NCBI GenBank assembly: GCA_045655185.1
Contig: JAZOOS010000012.1
Location: 17,700 to 81,699, forward strand
Source: Eubacteriales bacterium
GTDB lineage: Bacteria > Bacillota > Clostridia > Oscillospirales > CAG-272
DNA: 64,000 nt
Direction: 5' to 3'
Under the pieces are notes generated by a model. That model was not told where the DNA came from. It searched no databases and worked only from the letters and a program-made list of their open reading frames with translations. Below are positions 17,442 through 26,985 of this stretch, piece after piece. The number at the start of each line of letters is the position of its first letter. Position 1 is the stretch's first letter. The translations under genes were made by a program, and so were the position numbers.

Positions 17442-17584
17442 TCCCAAACCGAAGGGCTTGGTATGGAATCAATTCGCAAAGTGAAAGGTATGGAATTGCG
17501 GCTTTGCCGCGTATGCCGCCACGCCTTGAGCATATACGATTTTTATACGATATTTCACCATCGAAACGAAAAAGTGAGGAAAGC

Positions 17585-17908
17585 ATGACGACGTATACGG
17601 TTCGGCCACAACCGAAGGGTGAGGACGCCATTCGGAAAGAGGTGCGATTCATCATCGCCACCGCGCGTGCCAAGGGTGAGCGAGTGTTTAAGGTTCGGCA
17701 CGGAGAGTGTGCCCCCTTTCTCGTTGTTCTTTTGCGGCAGACCTTTTCGGCCTTAAAGCGCCGCGGCCAGGTGAATATCGTATTGCCCGGCGGCAAGATC
17801 AAGCCCGATGAGCCGGGGGTCAGCTATCTTTCCGAAAAATATCCGCTTCTTTTCAAGGATCCCGAGCTTGATGGGGAGCATGATGATGTGACCCTCATCG
17901 CCCTTTAA
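17585..17908 (+). CDS. Hypothetical protein (107 aa)
   Basis: The internal ATG after GAGGAA avoids overlap with tRNA-Lys; codon usage looks native; only a weak Smr-like impression. Confidence 0.5.
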   Translation: MTTYTVRPQPKGEDAIRKEVRFIIATARAKGERVFKVRHGECAPFLVVLLRQTFSALKRRGQVNIVLPGGKIKPDEPGVSYLSEKYPLLFKDPELDGEHDDVTLIAL

Positions 17909-17914
17909 AGCAAA

Positions 17915-17953
17915 GAAAAAAGAGCTTTCGCAGCAAATGCGAAAGCTCTTTTT
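17915..17953. terminator. Bidirectional terminator
   Basis: aagagctttcgc / gcgaaagctctt stem with A-run and T-run. Confidence 0.8.
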
Positions 17954-17965
17954 GTAAAGTTTTGC

Positions 17966-18193
17966 TTACTGTTCCTTGGCTTCGAGATAAGCAACGACAT
18001 CACCGACGGTAATGAACTTGTGCAGGTCTTCATCGTCAATCACAATGTCGAACTTTTCTTCGCAAAGAAGAATCAGATCGGCCAGCTCCAGGGAGTTAAC
18101 GCCGAGATCGTTGGCAAGCTCGGCGTCAAGGACGATCTTGTCCTCTTCCACGCGAAGCTCCTCGATCAGAAGATTCTTAACTTTCTCAAACAT
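17966..18193 (-). CDS. Acyl carrier protein
   Basis: 75 aa, acidic; phosphopantetheine-site context DLGVNSLELADL. Confidence 0.85.
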   Translation of the reverse strand: MFEKVKNLLIEELRVEEDKIVLDAELANDLGVNSLELADLILLCEEKFDIVIDDEDLHKFITVGDVVAYLEAKEQ

Positions 18194-18228
18194 AAAGCTT
18201 TCCTCCTAAAAAAGTTTGCATGTATCCA

Positions 18229-19932
18229 TCATTTAACCAGATACCGAATGATCTTCTTCGAGGTGTTCCGTTCAAACGCCTCGTTGCGGATCTCGATATC
18301 GGAAATGTGCTTAAAGGTGGGCAGATGCTTATTGACGTTCATGACTGCGACTTTCATAACGTCGTAGATCTGGCTGGGGGTCTTACCGGCAAGCTCTTCG
18401 CTTTCGGTATTCGGTACGATGATAGCGGTGATCGCAACCTCGCCGCCCTCTTTTTCACGGCCGACCACGACGCTTTCCAGCACCGCGGGGATCTTTCCGA
18501 GGTATTCTTCAAGCTCCTCGGGGAAGACGTTCTTGCCGTTTGAAAGAATGATAACGTTCTTTTTGCGGCCGGTCAGGACGAGGTAGCCGTGCTTATCCAG
18601 ATAGCCGATGTCGCCTGTACGGAAATAACCGTCTTCGGTCATGACTTCGGCGGTGGTCTCGGGATCCTTATAATAGCCGAGCATAACGTTGGGGCCCTTG
18701 ACGAGGACCTCACCCGTGCTTTCCCCGGGCGTTACGTCGATCTTGACCTCGCAGCCGTAGACGGGCAAGCCGACCGAGCCGAGCTGATTTTTGCCCGAAC
18801 GGTTAACGGCGACAAGGGGCGCGCACTCGGTGATGCCGTACCCTTCGAGCACCGTAATGCCAAGCATATAGAAATCCTTGATGATCTGGGGATCGGTATG
18901 GGCGCCGCCGACAATGATCAGGCGAAGCTCTCCGCCGAATTTATCGAGAATCTGCTTGAAAAGCTTGCGGCGTACGTCAACGCCGGTCGCGAGAAGCCCA
19001 AGGCTTACCTTCATCATGGCGCGCACTTTCTTTTCGATGCCGCGGCGACGAAGCTCGCCGAAGATTCTTTTATGAATCGTTTCAAGGAACAAAGGAACCA
19101 GGACCAGCGTGTTCGGCTTAAAGGTCGCAAAGTTGTTCAACGCGTGCTTGATGCTGTCATTGATCATCATCGTGCCGCCGATGGCGATAACCCCGAATTG
19201 CCCGCACATCATCTCATAGGTATGATGGATGGGAAGCACCGAAACGAAGGTGCAGCTGGGGCCGCAGGGCATCGAGTGGGTAGAGGAATTGAGCGCCGAG
19301 ATGAGGTTGCGGTGCGAAAGCATGACCCCCTTGCTCGTTCCGGTCGTTCCTGAAGTAAAGAGCAGTGTGCAGCAATAATCCATATCGATCGGGGCGTCAA
19401 GAAACGCGCGCGCGCCCTCGGTGATGGCGGCCTGTCCCTTTTTAAGAAGCATCGGGTAGGGAAGATAACCTTCTTTATTTGCAAGCTCCTCGCTCGGCAT
19501 AATGGGCATACGGGTCAAAAAGCCAAAGGTCTCGTCGTCGGCAAAGAAGTCGTTAAAGGTGGCCGTATACAGAACGGCGTCTGCCTCGGCGCGCTTTAAA
19601 AAGAGAACGATCTGCTCTCTTGAAAGCTCTTTATCCAAGGGAATGATCGTGCCGCCCGCCGAAACGACGGCGATGTAAGCGGCGGTATAGACCGGGTGTG
19701 TTTCCCCGATAATAGCAATTCTTTTTCCGTTAAGGCCGGAAAGATAAAGCGCTTCTCCGAAAGAAACGATGTTATCCTTTAAGTCATTATAGCTCCAAGC
19801 CTTTTTCTCTCCGCTTTCCAGATAGACATAAAGCTCTTTGTTTCCGAATTTTTCGGCAGTATGTAGCACCAAATGACGCAGATCGTCATAAAAAATAGGC
19901 GGTTTTTCGTTTACGCCGGCTACCATTTTCAT
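18229..19932 (-). CDS. AMP-dependent acyl-CoA/acyl-ACP synthetase (long-chain fatty-acid ligase family)
   Basis: 567 aa; AMP-binding motifs LLFTSGTTGTSKGV and YFRTGDIGY; directly upstream of the ACP gene. Confidence 0.85.
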   Translation of the reverse strand: MKMVAGVNEKPPIFYDDLRHLVLHTAEKFGNKELYVYLESGEKKAWSYNDLKDNIVSFGEALYLSGLNGKRIAIIGETHPVYTAAYIAVVSAGGTIIPLDKELSREQIVLFLKRAEADAVLYTATFNDFFADDETFGFLTRMPIMPSEELANKEGYLPYPMLLKKGQAAITEGARAFLDAPIDMDYCCTLLFTSGTTGTSKGVMLSHRNLISALNSSTHSMPCGPSCTFVSVLPIHHTYEMMCGQFGVIAIGGTMMINDSIKHALNNFATFKPNTLVLVPLFLETIHKRIFGELRRRGIEKKVRAMMKVSLGLLATGVDVRRKLFKQILDKFGGELRLIIVGGAHTDPQIIKDFYMLGITVLEGYGITECAPLVAVNRSGKNQLGSVGLPVYGCEVKIDVTPGESTGEVLVKGPNVMLGYYKDPETTAEVMTEDGYFRTGDIGYLDKHGYLVLTGRKKNVIILSNGKNVFPEELEEYLGKIPAVLESVVVGREKEGGEVAITAIIVPNTESEELAGKTPSQIYDVMKVAVMNVNKHLPTFKHISDIEIRNEAFERNTSKKIIRYLVK

Positions 19933-19980
19933 GGATAAGCCCTCCTTTTTTGTGGCATAGGGTCAAAAGCGTTACAACAC

Positions 19981-20009
19981 ATTTTACCCCAAAACGGGGC
20001 TTTTGTCAA
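19981..20009 (-). promoter_or_regulatory. Promoter of the acyl-ligase/ACP operon
   Basis: On the minus strand: TTGACA, 17-nt spacer, TAAAAT. Confidence 0.6.
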
Positions 20010-20112
20010 GGCTTATTTTTTTGCCGACCTTCGGGGAGAGGGAGGAAAAGGAAGCTTTTTCCTGCTTTTTAGAGAATTTTGTGGCATTGTGCCTAAAAAA
20101 CGTGCAAAGCCC

Positions 20113-20141
20113 TTTACATTTTTTCAAAAGCGTGGTATAAT
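20113..20141 (+). promoter_or_regulatory. Promoter of the NfeD-like gene
   Basis: TTTACA, 17-nt spacer, TGgTATAAT. Confidence 0.6.
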
Positions 20142-20169
20142 TTTAAAGATAAAACGAAGGAGTTCTTTT

Positions 20170-20586
20170 ATGCCGATCCTTTTTTGGCTTTTTCTTTGTA
20201 TTTTTGTACTTTCGGTAGGCAGCATGCTTCTCATTGGGCGGCTGTGGCTGCTTTCCTTTGCCCCCGGCGCCGCCGTTTCCTTAGTGCTTTCTTTTTTTCC
20301 TGTTATTTCCGAATTGCAGAGTGTCTTAGCCTTTTTGGCGGTATCGCTTCTTTCTTTCCTTTTTTTGCAGTTTCGGTTCCGTTCCAAGTCTCTTACAGCG
20401 ATCGAGATGTTGGTTGGGCGTCGATGCCGCGTGACGGAGGTAATCGACGGCATGGCCGTTTGCGGTCTGGTGGAGGTAGATGGGATGCTGTTTGCGGCGC
20501 GCTCTCTTTCCGGGAAGGAATACAACGTGGGAGAAGAGCTGACGGTCGTGGCGATCGAGGGCGTTCGCCTAATCTGCGGCGAATAA
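20170..20586 (+). CDS. NfeD-family membrane protein
   Basis: Start after AAGGAG; three TM segments followed by a C-terminal OB-like segment (GRRCRVTEV...VEVDGMLFAARS). Confidence 0.65.
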   Translation: MPILFWLFLCIFVLSVGSMLLIGRLWLLSFAPGAAVSLVLSFFPVISELQSVLAFLAVSLLSFLFLQFRFRSKSLTAIEMLVGRRCRVTEVIDGMAVCGLVEVDGMLFAARSLSGKEYNVGEELTVVAIEGVRLICGE

Positions 20587-20690
20587 GCTGTGTGTGGGCG
20601 CCTTTTTGAGTAGGCGTTGCTCTTTTTTCGGTTTTGGCTTGTGTTTGAGCGCTTTTTGCGGAAAAAAGAAAGGTTTTTTCGGAAAAATGC

Positions 20691-20719
20691 TTGACAAAGG
20701 GCATTTGGTTTGCTATAAT
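20691..20719 (+). promoter_or_regulatory. Promoter of the tRNA-Arg/tRNA-His pair
   Basis: TTGACA, 17-nt spacer, TGcTATAAT. Confidence 0.75.
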
Positions 20720-20742
20720 ACAGCCGTTGCGGTTTCTGACGT

Positions 20743-20819
<77 letters not shown>

Positions 20820-20844
20820 AAAGGATGCTGCACGCATCCTTTAT

Positions 20845-20922
20845 GGTGGGTATGGCTCAGTTGGTTAGAGCGCCAGGTTGTGGCCCTGGAGGTCATGGGT
20901 TCAATTCCCATTACTCACCCCA
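20845..20922 (+). tRNA. tRNA-His (anticodon GUG)
   Basis: Manual cloverleaf with the extra G-1 typical of tRNA-His; anticodon loop uuGUGgc, T loop ttcaatt, encoded CCA. Confidence 0.88.
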
Positions 20923-20927
20923 GAGTA

Positions 20928-20963
20928 AATCACTTTTGCCCGAGGGCAAAAGTGATTTTTTTT
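20928..20963 (+). terminator. Terminator after tRNA-His
   Basis: Long stem aatcacttttgcc / ggcaaaagtgatt followed by a T-run. Confidence 0.8.
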
Positions 20964-20990
20964 ATCATCGTAAGAAAGGTGCGGAATATC

Positions 20991-21494
20991 GTGAAAAAGC
21001 TGACTTTGGTGATCAACGGGCGCGGTGGCGTCGGTAAGGATACGTTGTGTGAGGCGGCGTCGGCCGTATACCGCGTTTTGAACGTTTCTTCTATCACCCC
21101 AATCAAGGAGCTTGCCAAGCAATGTGGCTGGCAGGGCGAGAAAAGCGACGAGGCGAGGCGCTTTTTGGCCGAGCTGAAGGCGGCGGCGGTTCGCTATAAT
21201 GATTATCCGACGCGCTGGGTAAGCGAGCGGTATCGGGAATTCCTTTCTGGGGAAAACGAGATCCTTTTCGTTCATATAAGAGAACCACAAGAGATCGAAA
21301 AGTTTGTTAAGGCAACGGGGGGAGAAGCCAAAACGCTTCTCGTGCGAGCCAATCGCCGCATGCCGAGGCATACCTACGGAAATGCCTCGGACGACGGGGT
21401 TGAGAACTACCCGTACGACTACTATTTTGATAACGACGATTTACCCTCGGCGGCGGCTAAGGCCTTCGTCGCGTTTCTTAAGGAAATACGGTAA
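20991..21494 (+). CDS. P-loop protein resembling phage-type dNMP kinases
   Basis: A GTG start avoids overlap with tRNA-His; Walker A GRGGVGKDT (a GKDT variant, as I recall it from T5-type dNMP kinases). Confidence 0.5.
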   Translation: MKKLTLVINGRGGVGKDTLCEAASAVYRVLNVSSITPIKELAKQCGWQGEKSDEARRFLAELKAAAVRYNDYPTRWVSERYREFLSGENEILFVHIREPQEIEKFVKATGGEAKTLLVRANRRMPRHTYGNASDDGVENYPYDYYFDNDDLPSAAAKAFVAFLKEIR

Positions 21495-21506
21495 AGGAAA
21501 ACAAGG

Positions 21507-21553
21507 AAAAAGGAACCCTATATGGCGTACGGCGTACGTCAAGGGTTCCTTTT
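21507..21553. terminator. Bidirectional hairpin terminator
   Basis: aaggaaccct / agggttcctt stem with a long loop, A-run upstream, T-run downstream. Confidence 0.55.
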
Positions 21554-21617
21554 GCTTATATCCCGTGTGGTGGCGCTTATAAAAGATAAGGAAAGTAATA
21601 CTTATCTTCCTTCTCTT

Positions 21618-23096
21618 TTAAAGGAGGATACAGATCAGTCCACCGCTTCCTTCGTTGATAATACGGCCAAGGGTATTGCCAAGCCGCTTTCTGGATTCCT
21701 CGGGCATGTGGGCAAGCTTTGCGTGGATCCCTTCGTTGATCAGCTCATAAAGCGGCTTCCCGAACATATTCGATTCCCAAATGGTACGGGGGCTTTCTTG
21801 GAACTCCTCCAGCATATAGCGGATCAGCTCCTCGGATTGCTGCTCGGTTCCTACGATCGGGTTAATCTCGGTCTCAATATCGGCGCGGATCATATGAATC
21901 GAGGGGGCGGAGGCCTTTAGCTTCACCCCGTAGCCGCCGCTTTGCTTCATGATCTCGGGCTCTTCCAGACGCAATTCGTCAATATCGGGCATAACGATAC
22001 CATAACCCTTGTTTGACACCTCGTCGAGGGCCTCCTTGACCTTATCATAGGCACGTTTAGTGGCGGCCAGCTCTTTCATGGCGGCAAAAAGGGCACCGTC
22101 ATCCCCGATCGTAAGGTCGGTAAGCTCGGAAAGCGTTTTGAAATAAAGATCGGGCAAAAGTGCAATCTCCAAAAGGGCAGACCCCTCCCCAGCTTGAAGG
22201 GAATGCACCCGGCATGCGCTGATCGACGGAGTGTTCTCTGTTCGTAAGACGGCAGGACGGATATCTCCCGTGCGCGTGATACGCGCAGCGGTATCTGAAA
22301 TAAAGGTAAGGATTTCCCGCCGCAAGGGATGCTCGTCGGGCAGGGATACGCACCAGCTTGGCAAGCGGAAAAGAAGCTTGTTGACAGGGAACTGGTGAAG
22401 GATCAGCTCGAGAATATGGGAAATGTCGTCTCCGTTCAGCTCCAAGCAATTCACAAGGGCAACGGGGGCCTCATATTTCTTCTCGAGTTCATAGGCGAGG
22501 TTGATGGCTTCCTCGCTACCGGGATAAGCAGAATTAAGAATAATAGCAAAGGGCTTTTTTAAGGTGGTCAGCTCTTTGGCTACCCGTTCCTCCGCCTCCT
22601 GATAGGCGGCGCGCGGAATATCGCCAATGGTTCCGTCGGTGGTAACGAGGATTCCAACCGTCGCATGCTCGTTTATTACCTTCTTCGTGCCGATTTCGGC
22701 TGCCTCACGGAAGGGGACGGGCTCCTCTGACCAGGGGGTATGTACCATACGGGGCTCCCCGTTTTCGCTGTCACCCAGTGCCTCGGGTACCAAATACCCG
22801 ACGCAATCAACCAGCCGCACACGCAGCTCAGTTGCTTCCTCTGTTACGATATGTACCGCCTCCTCGGGCACGAATTTCGGTTCGGTCGTCATCACCGTAC
22901 GCCCGGAGCCCGATTGCGGCAGCTCGTCGGTGGCCCTTGCCCGCTCCTCGGGGCTTTTGATCATGGGAATGACGGCGCTTTCCATAAATTTTTTAATAAA
23001 GGTCGATTTCCCGCTCCGAACGGGGCCGACGACACCAAGATAAATATCGCCCCCCGTTCGCTTGGCAATGTCCTTATAAATGCTTGTGCTTGTCAT
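21618..23096 (-). CDS. spoIVA: Stage IV sporulation protein A
   Basis: 492 aa; N-terminus IYKDIAKRTGGDIYLGVVGPVRSGKSTFIKKFME is characteristic of SpoIVA. Confidence 0.93.
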   Translation of the reverse strand: MTSTSIYKDIAKRTGGDIYLGVVGPVRSGKSTFIKKFMESAVIPMIKSPEERARATDELPQSGSGRTVMTTEPKFVPEEAVHIVTEEATELRVRLVDCVGYLVPEALGDSENGEPRMVHTPWSEEPVPFREAAEIGTKKVINEHATVGILVTTDGTIGDIPRAAYQEAEERVAKELTTLKKPFAIILNSAYPGSEEAINLAYELEKKYEAPVALVNCLELNGDDISHILELILHQFPVNKLLFRLPSWCVSLPDEHPLRREILTFISDTAARITRTGDIRPAVLRTENTPSISACRVHSLQAGEGSALLEIALLPDLYFKTLSELTDLTIGDDGALFAAMKELAATKRAYDKVKEALDEVSNKGYGIVMPDIDELRLEEPEIMKQSGGYGVKLKASAPSIHMIRADIETEINPIVGTEQQSEELIRYMLEEFQESPRTIWESNMFGKPLYELINEGIHAKLAHMPEESRKRLGNTLGRIINEGSGGLICILL

Positions 23097-23133
23097 TTTC
23101 GCTCCTCCTCTGTTCGGCGGCTGTCTTGTTTTA

Positions 23134-23165
23134 TAATTATGCTCGGCCCATCGAAAATATTCCCG
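23134..23165 (-). promoter_or_regulatory. Possible sigma-E type promoter of spoIVA
   Basis: On the minus strand: gaATAtt, about 16 nt, CATAATTAT; resembles my recollection of the ATA-16/18-CATACAnT consensus. Confidence 0.35.
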
Positions 23166-23210
23166 ATTGGATATTCTTTTTATTATAAATTTTTGTTTAC
23201 TAAAATGGAA

Positions 23211-24104
23211 TTAAGATTTTGTAAAAAGTCGACGGTTAAAGCAAAAATTAATCGTATCCGCCAAAAGGTGCGCCGCCTTTTCGGTGACCTCATCGCTTTG
23301 GCGCGGAGAAACGAAAAAGCCTTTTTCACTTCGAAGGATCCTAAGAAGCGCTTCGTTTGGCTCAATACCCCCTCTTTTTAAGGTGTCATATATGAGAGTG
23401 GATGAATCCACAACGGTTGGAATGCCGATCGAGATGACCGGGACACCGAGTGTTCCCTCGTCAATGCTGCCACGGCTGTTTCCGATGCCGGAGCCCGGGT
23501 TAAGTCCTACGTTTGCAAGCTGGCAGGTGGTGGCGAGGCGCTCAAGACTTCGTGCGGCCAAGGCGTCAATTACGATCACAAGCCTTGGCTTTACGGTACC
23601 AACGACGGCCTTTACCATCTCATTGCTTTCAATCCCGGTCTGGGCCAGGACCCCGGGGGCGATCAGCGAAAGCTCGGTGTCGGTAAAACGGTCAAACAGC
23701 GGGCGATCCTCTTCCTTTAGATGGCGTGTGGCCAAGATTCGCCCGATCACCTCGGGCCCTAAAGCGTCAGCGGTTATATAGCGGTTTCCAAGCCCTGCTA
23801 CCAGCACCCGATCGGGTGGCTTCTTTCCGCATAGGGACAGCAACAAATCGGCAAGAAGCTCGGATAAAAATGAAAGATCGTTTTCACTAAGCTCCCAAAG
23901 GCGTGGAAAGGAAAGCGAGAGATAGGTACCCTTCGGCTTCCCAATCGACCTTTCTCCTTCTTCGTCAGTAATATGCAGGCGCGTAAGGGTGGCGATCCCC
24001 TTTTTTTCCTCTGAATATTCGACCCCAGGAAGCGAGGTGTTGGCCTTCATTCTCTCCAGGGCCAGATCTGTGTGGGGAAATCCCCCTATATCGTTCGTTT
24101 TCAT
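23211..24104 (-). CDS. gpr: Germination protease (GPR endopeptidase)
   Basis: 297 aa; HTDLALE near the N-terminus and the DALAARS...GLNPGSGIGNSR segment, both typical of Gpr. Confidence 0.8.
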   Translation of the reverse strand: MKTNDIGGFPHTDLALERMKANTSLPGVEYSEEKKGIATLTRLHITDEEGERSIGKPKGTYLSLSFPRLWELSENDLSFLSELLADLLLSLCGKKPPDRVLVAGLGNRYITADALGPEVIGRILATRHLKEEDRPLFDRFTDTELSLIAPGVLAQTGIESNEMVKAVVGTVKPRLVIVIDALAARSLERLATTCQLANVGLNPGSGIGNSRGSIDEGTLGVPVISIGIPTVVDSSTLIYDTLKRGGIEPNEALLRILRSEKGFFVSPRQSDEVTEKAAHLLADTINFCFNRRLFTKS

Positions 24105-24266
24105 AAAGCGTCCTCTTCTTTTTTATCTTGTAACCATTTTATGCAAAAATTGCTTGTGCAATACGCGAAAATGGAACTTTTTTTCTTTATTAATGAACAA
24201 AATGCACAATTTTTATTTATGTATTTGTGCAGATGCGACGATTAGTTTTTTGTTCATAAAAAAGAG

Positions 24267-24295
24267 TTGCGAAACGCAATAATGAGTGGTATAAT
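24267..24295 (+). promoter_or_regulatory. Promoter of the solute-binding protein gene
   Basis: TTGCGA, 17-nt spacer, TGgTATAAT; the track ORF start at 24267 is in fact this -35 box. Confidence 0.6.
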
Positions 24296-24332
24296 AAGGT
24301 ATATTATTATGCCAAAAACAAGGAGTCCCGTT

Positions 24333-26267
24333 ATGAAAAAGTGCTTATCCCTGCTGTTGGCCGTCCTGATGCTCTCGTCGGTATGCCTGACCTTTGCATC
24401 TTGCGGCGGAAACAACGACGCCGGCGCCGTTATCAACGCATATTACGTAGGGGAAATGTATGATTTTGACCCGGCTTACGCCATGATTGATGACGATGCG
24501 GCAAGGGTGCTCAGCTTGCTTTACGAGCCGCTGTTCCGTCTCGATAACCGGGGGCGGGTTCAGAACGCGCTTGCCAAGGAATATAAGATTATCAAGAGAC
24601 CCGAAAAAGATCTTTACCAAATGGAGATAAAGCTGCGTGACGCATCGTGGAGTGATGGGACGCAGGTCACGGCCTATGATGTTGTTTATTCCTGGCAACG
24701 CTTGATTGACCCCGGCTTTAAGAGCCAGGCGGCCGCCCTTCTTTACGATATTGAGGGGGCGCTGGAGGTCAAAACGGCTATGCCGGACGAGAACGGGGAT
24801 TATATGGTTTCGCCCGAGGGCGACTTCAAGGTAACCGCCGAAGATGCCTATACCCTTACGATCACCTTCCGTAACCATTATGACGAAAACGGTAATCTGG
24901 TTGAAGTCGATTACGACGCGTTTCTGAGAAAGCTGACCAGCATCGCTTTGGCCCCCGTTTCGCAGACCACGGTCTCCAAGGCCGAGGATTACTGGGGCAC
25001 GCGTGCCGCCACCATCGTTACCTGCGGTCCCTTCCGCGTCAGCACGCTGGATCTGGCGCTCGGCGAATTCACGCTGGAAAGAAACCGCTACTATCACCGC
25101 TTGAAGATGGAAGACGAGACCCTCGTCACCATGAAGGATCTGAAAAACAGCGTTAATCCCTATCAGATCGTCAGCAGCTGGGCCGAGGATGCTTGGGATT
25201 CGATTGCCGACAGCTTTGCCGCTGAGACCGTGTTCCTTCTTTGCGATATGCCGCTTGAAATGAGAAAGGCACAGGAGAAGAAGGCTGAAACGGCTGATCT
25301 GCTTTCTACCTCGACCGTCCTTCTCAATCAAACCGAGACGGGCGCCGCCTTCTTAAAGAACGAAAACGTCCGCAAGGCTCTCTCGTTGGCGATCGACCGC
25401 ACGGCTATCGCTTCGTTGCTCACCTTCGCCAAGCCCGCCGACGGCTTTATCTCCCACCGCGTTTTTGAAGCAAATTCCTCGCGCGATGAATTTCGAACCG
25501 ATAAGGCTCTTCTTTCCACCACCGCTAAGGTAGCCGAGGCCGAGGCTCTTCTTGCTGATGCGAACCTGCGTGGGGTATTGAAGCTTCGCTTGGCCTGTGC
25601 CAATAAAGAGGCTGATTTGGCGGTTGCTGAGTACCTTAAGGAGACATGGGAAAGCCTTAATTGGGGCAACAATGTTACCTTCACGGTTGAGATCACTAAG
25701 CTTTCGTATCATACTGAGCGTGTGTTCCCGGATAAGAACGACCAGACGCAGTTTTATATGATCAACAGCTCGGAGTTGGAGGACGTTTACGACGATTTTG
25801 CGCTTCGTCAGTATAATGACGGGGTTCTTCTGTCGACCGAATCGGTGTTTGATGCCGTTATCGTTGATTATCAGATGCTCTCTCCCGATGCCTTTGCCCC
25901 TCTTTGCGGCTTCTCCTCTTGGATGAACGGCAACGGTGTTGATTTTGTGCCTGATGCAGAGGGGGTTCGTACCGAGACCGCTTATAAGCACATGACGGGC
26001 TACGAGAGCGAAAACTTCGATGCAAAGATCGAAGCGGCTTACGACGAAGCCGATCTTACCAAGCGCGCGGCGCTTCTGCACGAGGCCGAGGAGATCCTGC
26101 TTGACGATATGCCCATTATCCCTCTTACCTTTGGTCAGAGCTTCTATGTGAAGAGCGGCCTTATCCGCGGTATTGATAACAACAACTACTACGGATACCC
26201 GATCCTCACCGAGATGAGCATGAAGAATTACGAAAAATATTTGCCCGAGGATCAATCCGAATCTTAA
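24333..26267 (+). CDS. ABC transporter substrate-binding lipoprotein, family 5 (peptide/nickel type)
   Basis: ATG after AGGAG; signal peptide with lipobox FASC; large SBP_bac_5-like body; no cognate permease or ATPase genes adjacent. Confidence 0.8.
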   Translation: MKKCLSLLLAVLMLSSVCLTFASCGGNNDAGAVINAYYVGEMYDFDPAYAMIDDDAARVLSLLYEPLFRLDNRGRVQNALAKEYKIIKRPEKDLYQMEIKLRDASWSDGTQVTAYDVVYSWQRLIDPGFKSQAAALLYDIEGALEVKTAMPDENGDYMVSPEGDFKVTAEDAYTLTITFRNHYDENGNLVEVDYDAFLRKLTSIALAPVSQTTVSKAEDYWGTRAATIVTCGPFRVSTLDLALGEFTLERNRYYHRLKMEDETLVTMKDLKNSVNPYQIVSSWAEDAWDSIADSFAAETVFLLCDMPLEMRKAQEKKAETADLLSTSTVLLNQTETGAAFLKNENVRKALSLAIDRTAIASLLTFAKPADGFISHRVFEANSSRDEFRTDKALLSTTAKVAEAEALLADANLRGVLKLRLACANKEADLAVAEYLKETWESLNWGNNVTFTVEITKLSYHTERVFPDKNDQTQFYMINSSELEDVYDDFALRQYNDGVLLSTESVFDAVIVDYQMLSPDAFAPLCGFSSWMNGNGVDFVPDAEGVRTETAYKHMTGYESENFDAKIEAAYDEADLTKRAALLHEAEEILLDDMPIIPLTFGQSFYVKSGLIRGIDNNNYYGYPILTEMSMKNYEKYLPEDQSES

Positions 26268-26277
26268 TCAAAAAGTG

Positions 26278-26305
26278 GCGGGACTGCTTCGGCAGTCCCG
26301 CTTTT
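26278..26305 (+). terminator. Rho-independent terminator
   Basis: gcgggactgc / gcagtcccgc stem, ttcg loop, then tttt. Confidence 0.75.
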
Positions 26306-26315
26306 GGGAGAAGCT

Positions 26316-26888
26316 ATGAAAAACATGAGAAACGGTGTGTTGAACAATAAGACCGACGTCAAGATCTTTATCCTGTTTCTTCTCAATCACGTTCGATATC
26401 CGCTTCCCTATGACGATATCTGTGTCTTGATTGGGGAGGATGGGTTTGTTGCGGATTTCGACTTTGCCGAATGCTTTTCCGAGCTTTGCGAAATGGGGCA
26501 TATCGAAGAGAGTGAGACAGACGGCGTAAAGAGCTACGTCATTTCCGAGATCGGTAAAGAGGTGGCCGCCAGCCTTGAGGATACGCTTCTTTCCTCGATC
26601 CGTAAAAAGAGCCTGCACAGCGCTATGCGTTATCTTTCGCTACGTCGCCGCGGGGCTCGCGCCTCGGCCTCTGTCGAGCGCCGCGAGGATAAGCAGTATA
26701 CCGTTTCCTGTCGGGTAGAGGAAAAGGAGGGGATCTACGCGTCCTTTTCTTTCACCCTGCCGACCGAGGAGGAGGCGCAGCGTATCCGCCGCCATTTCCT
26801 GGATAAGCCCGAGGAGGTTTTGCGCGGCATCACGGCGGCCGCGACGGGAGAGCTTGAGTATTTGCTCGGCCCCTCCGACGTTTTTTGA
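26316..26888 (+). CDS. DUF4364-like protein
   Basis: ATG after GGGAGA; N-terminal segment TDVKIFILFLLNHVRYPLPYDDI resembles the DUF4364 family as I remember it. Confidence 0.5.
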   Translation: MKNMRNGVLNNKTDVKIFILFLLNHVRYPLPYDDICVLIGEDGFVADFDFAECFSELCEMGHIEESETDGVKSYVISEIGKEVAASLEDTLLSSIRKKSLHSAMRYLSLRRRGARASASVERREDKQYTVSCRVEEKEGIYASFSFTLPTEEEAQRIRRHFLDKPEEVLRGITAAATGELEYLLGPSDVF

Positions 26889-26926
26889 TTTTTGCTTTTT
26901 TTGTTTAATTTATTTTTACAAAACTA

Positions 26927-26955
26927 TTGACAAAATGTTTCGGTTGTTGTAATAT
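26927..26955 (+). promoter_or_regulatory. Promoter of the sigma factor gene
   Basis: TTGACA, 17-nt spacer, TAATAT. Confidence 0.6.
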
Positions 26956-26985
26956 AGTAATGTATAGGTGCAACCTGGGGAAGTT

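Noticed and set aside
17318-17584. N-terminal extension of ORF 17318..17908. The same pattern affects ORFs 20880..20990 and 20393..20911.
   Set aside because: These extensions run straight through tRNA-Lys, tRNA-His and tRNA-Arg and their terminators. I used internal starts downstream of the tRNAs instead.
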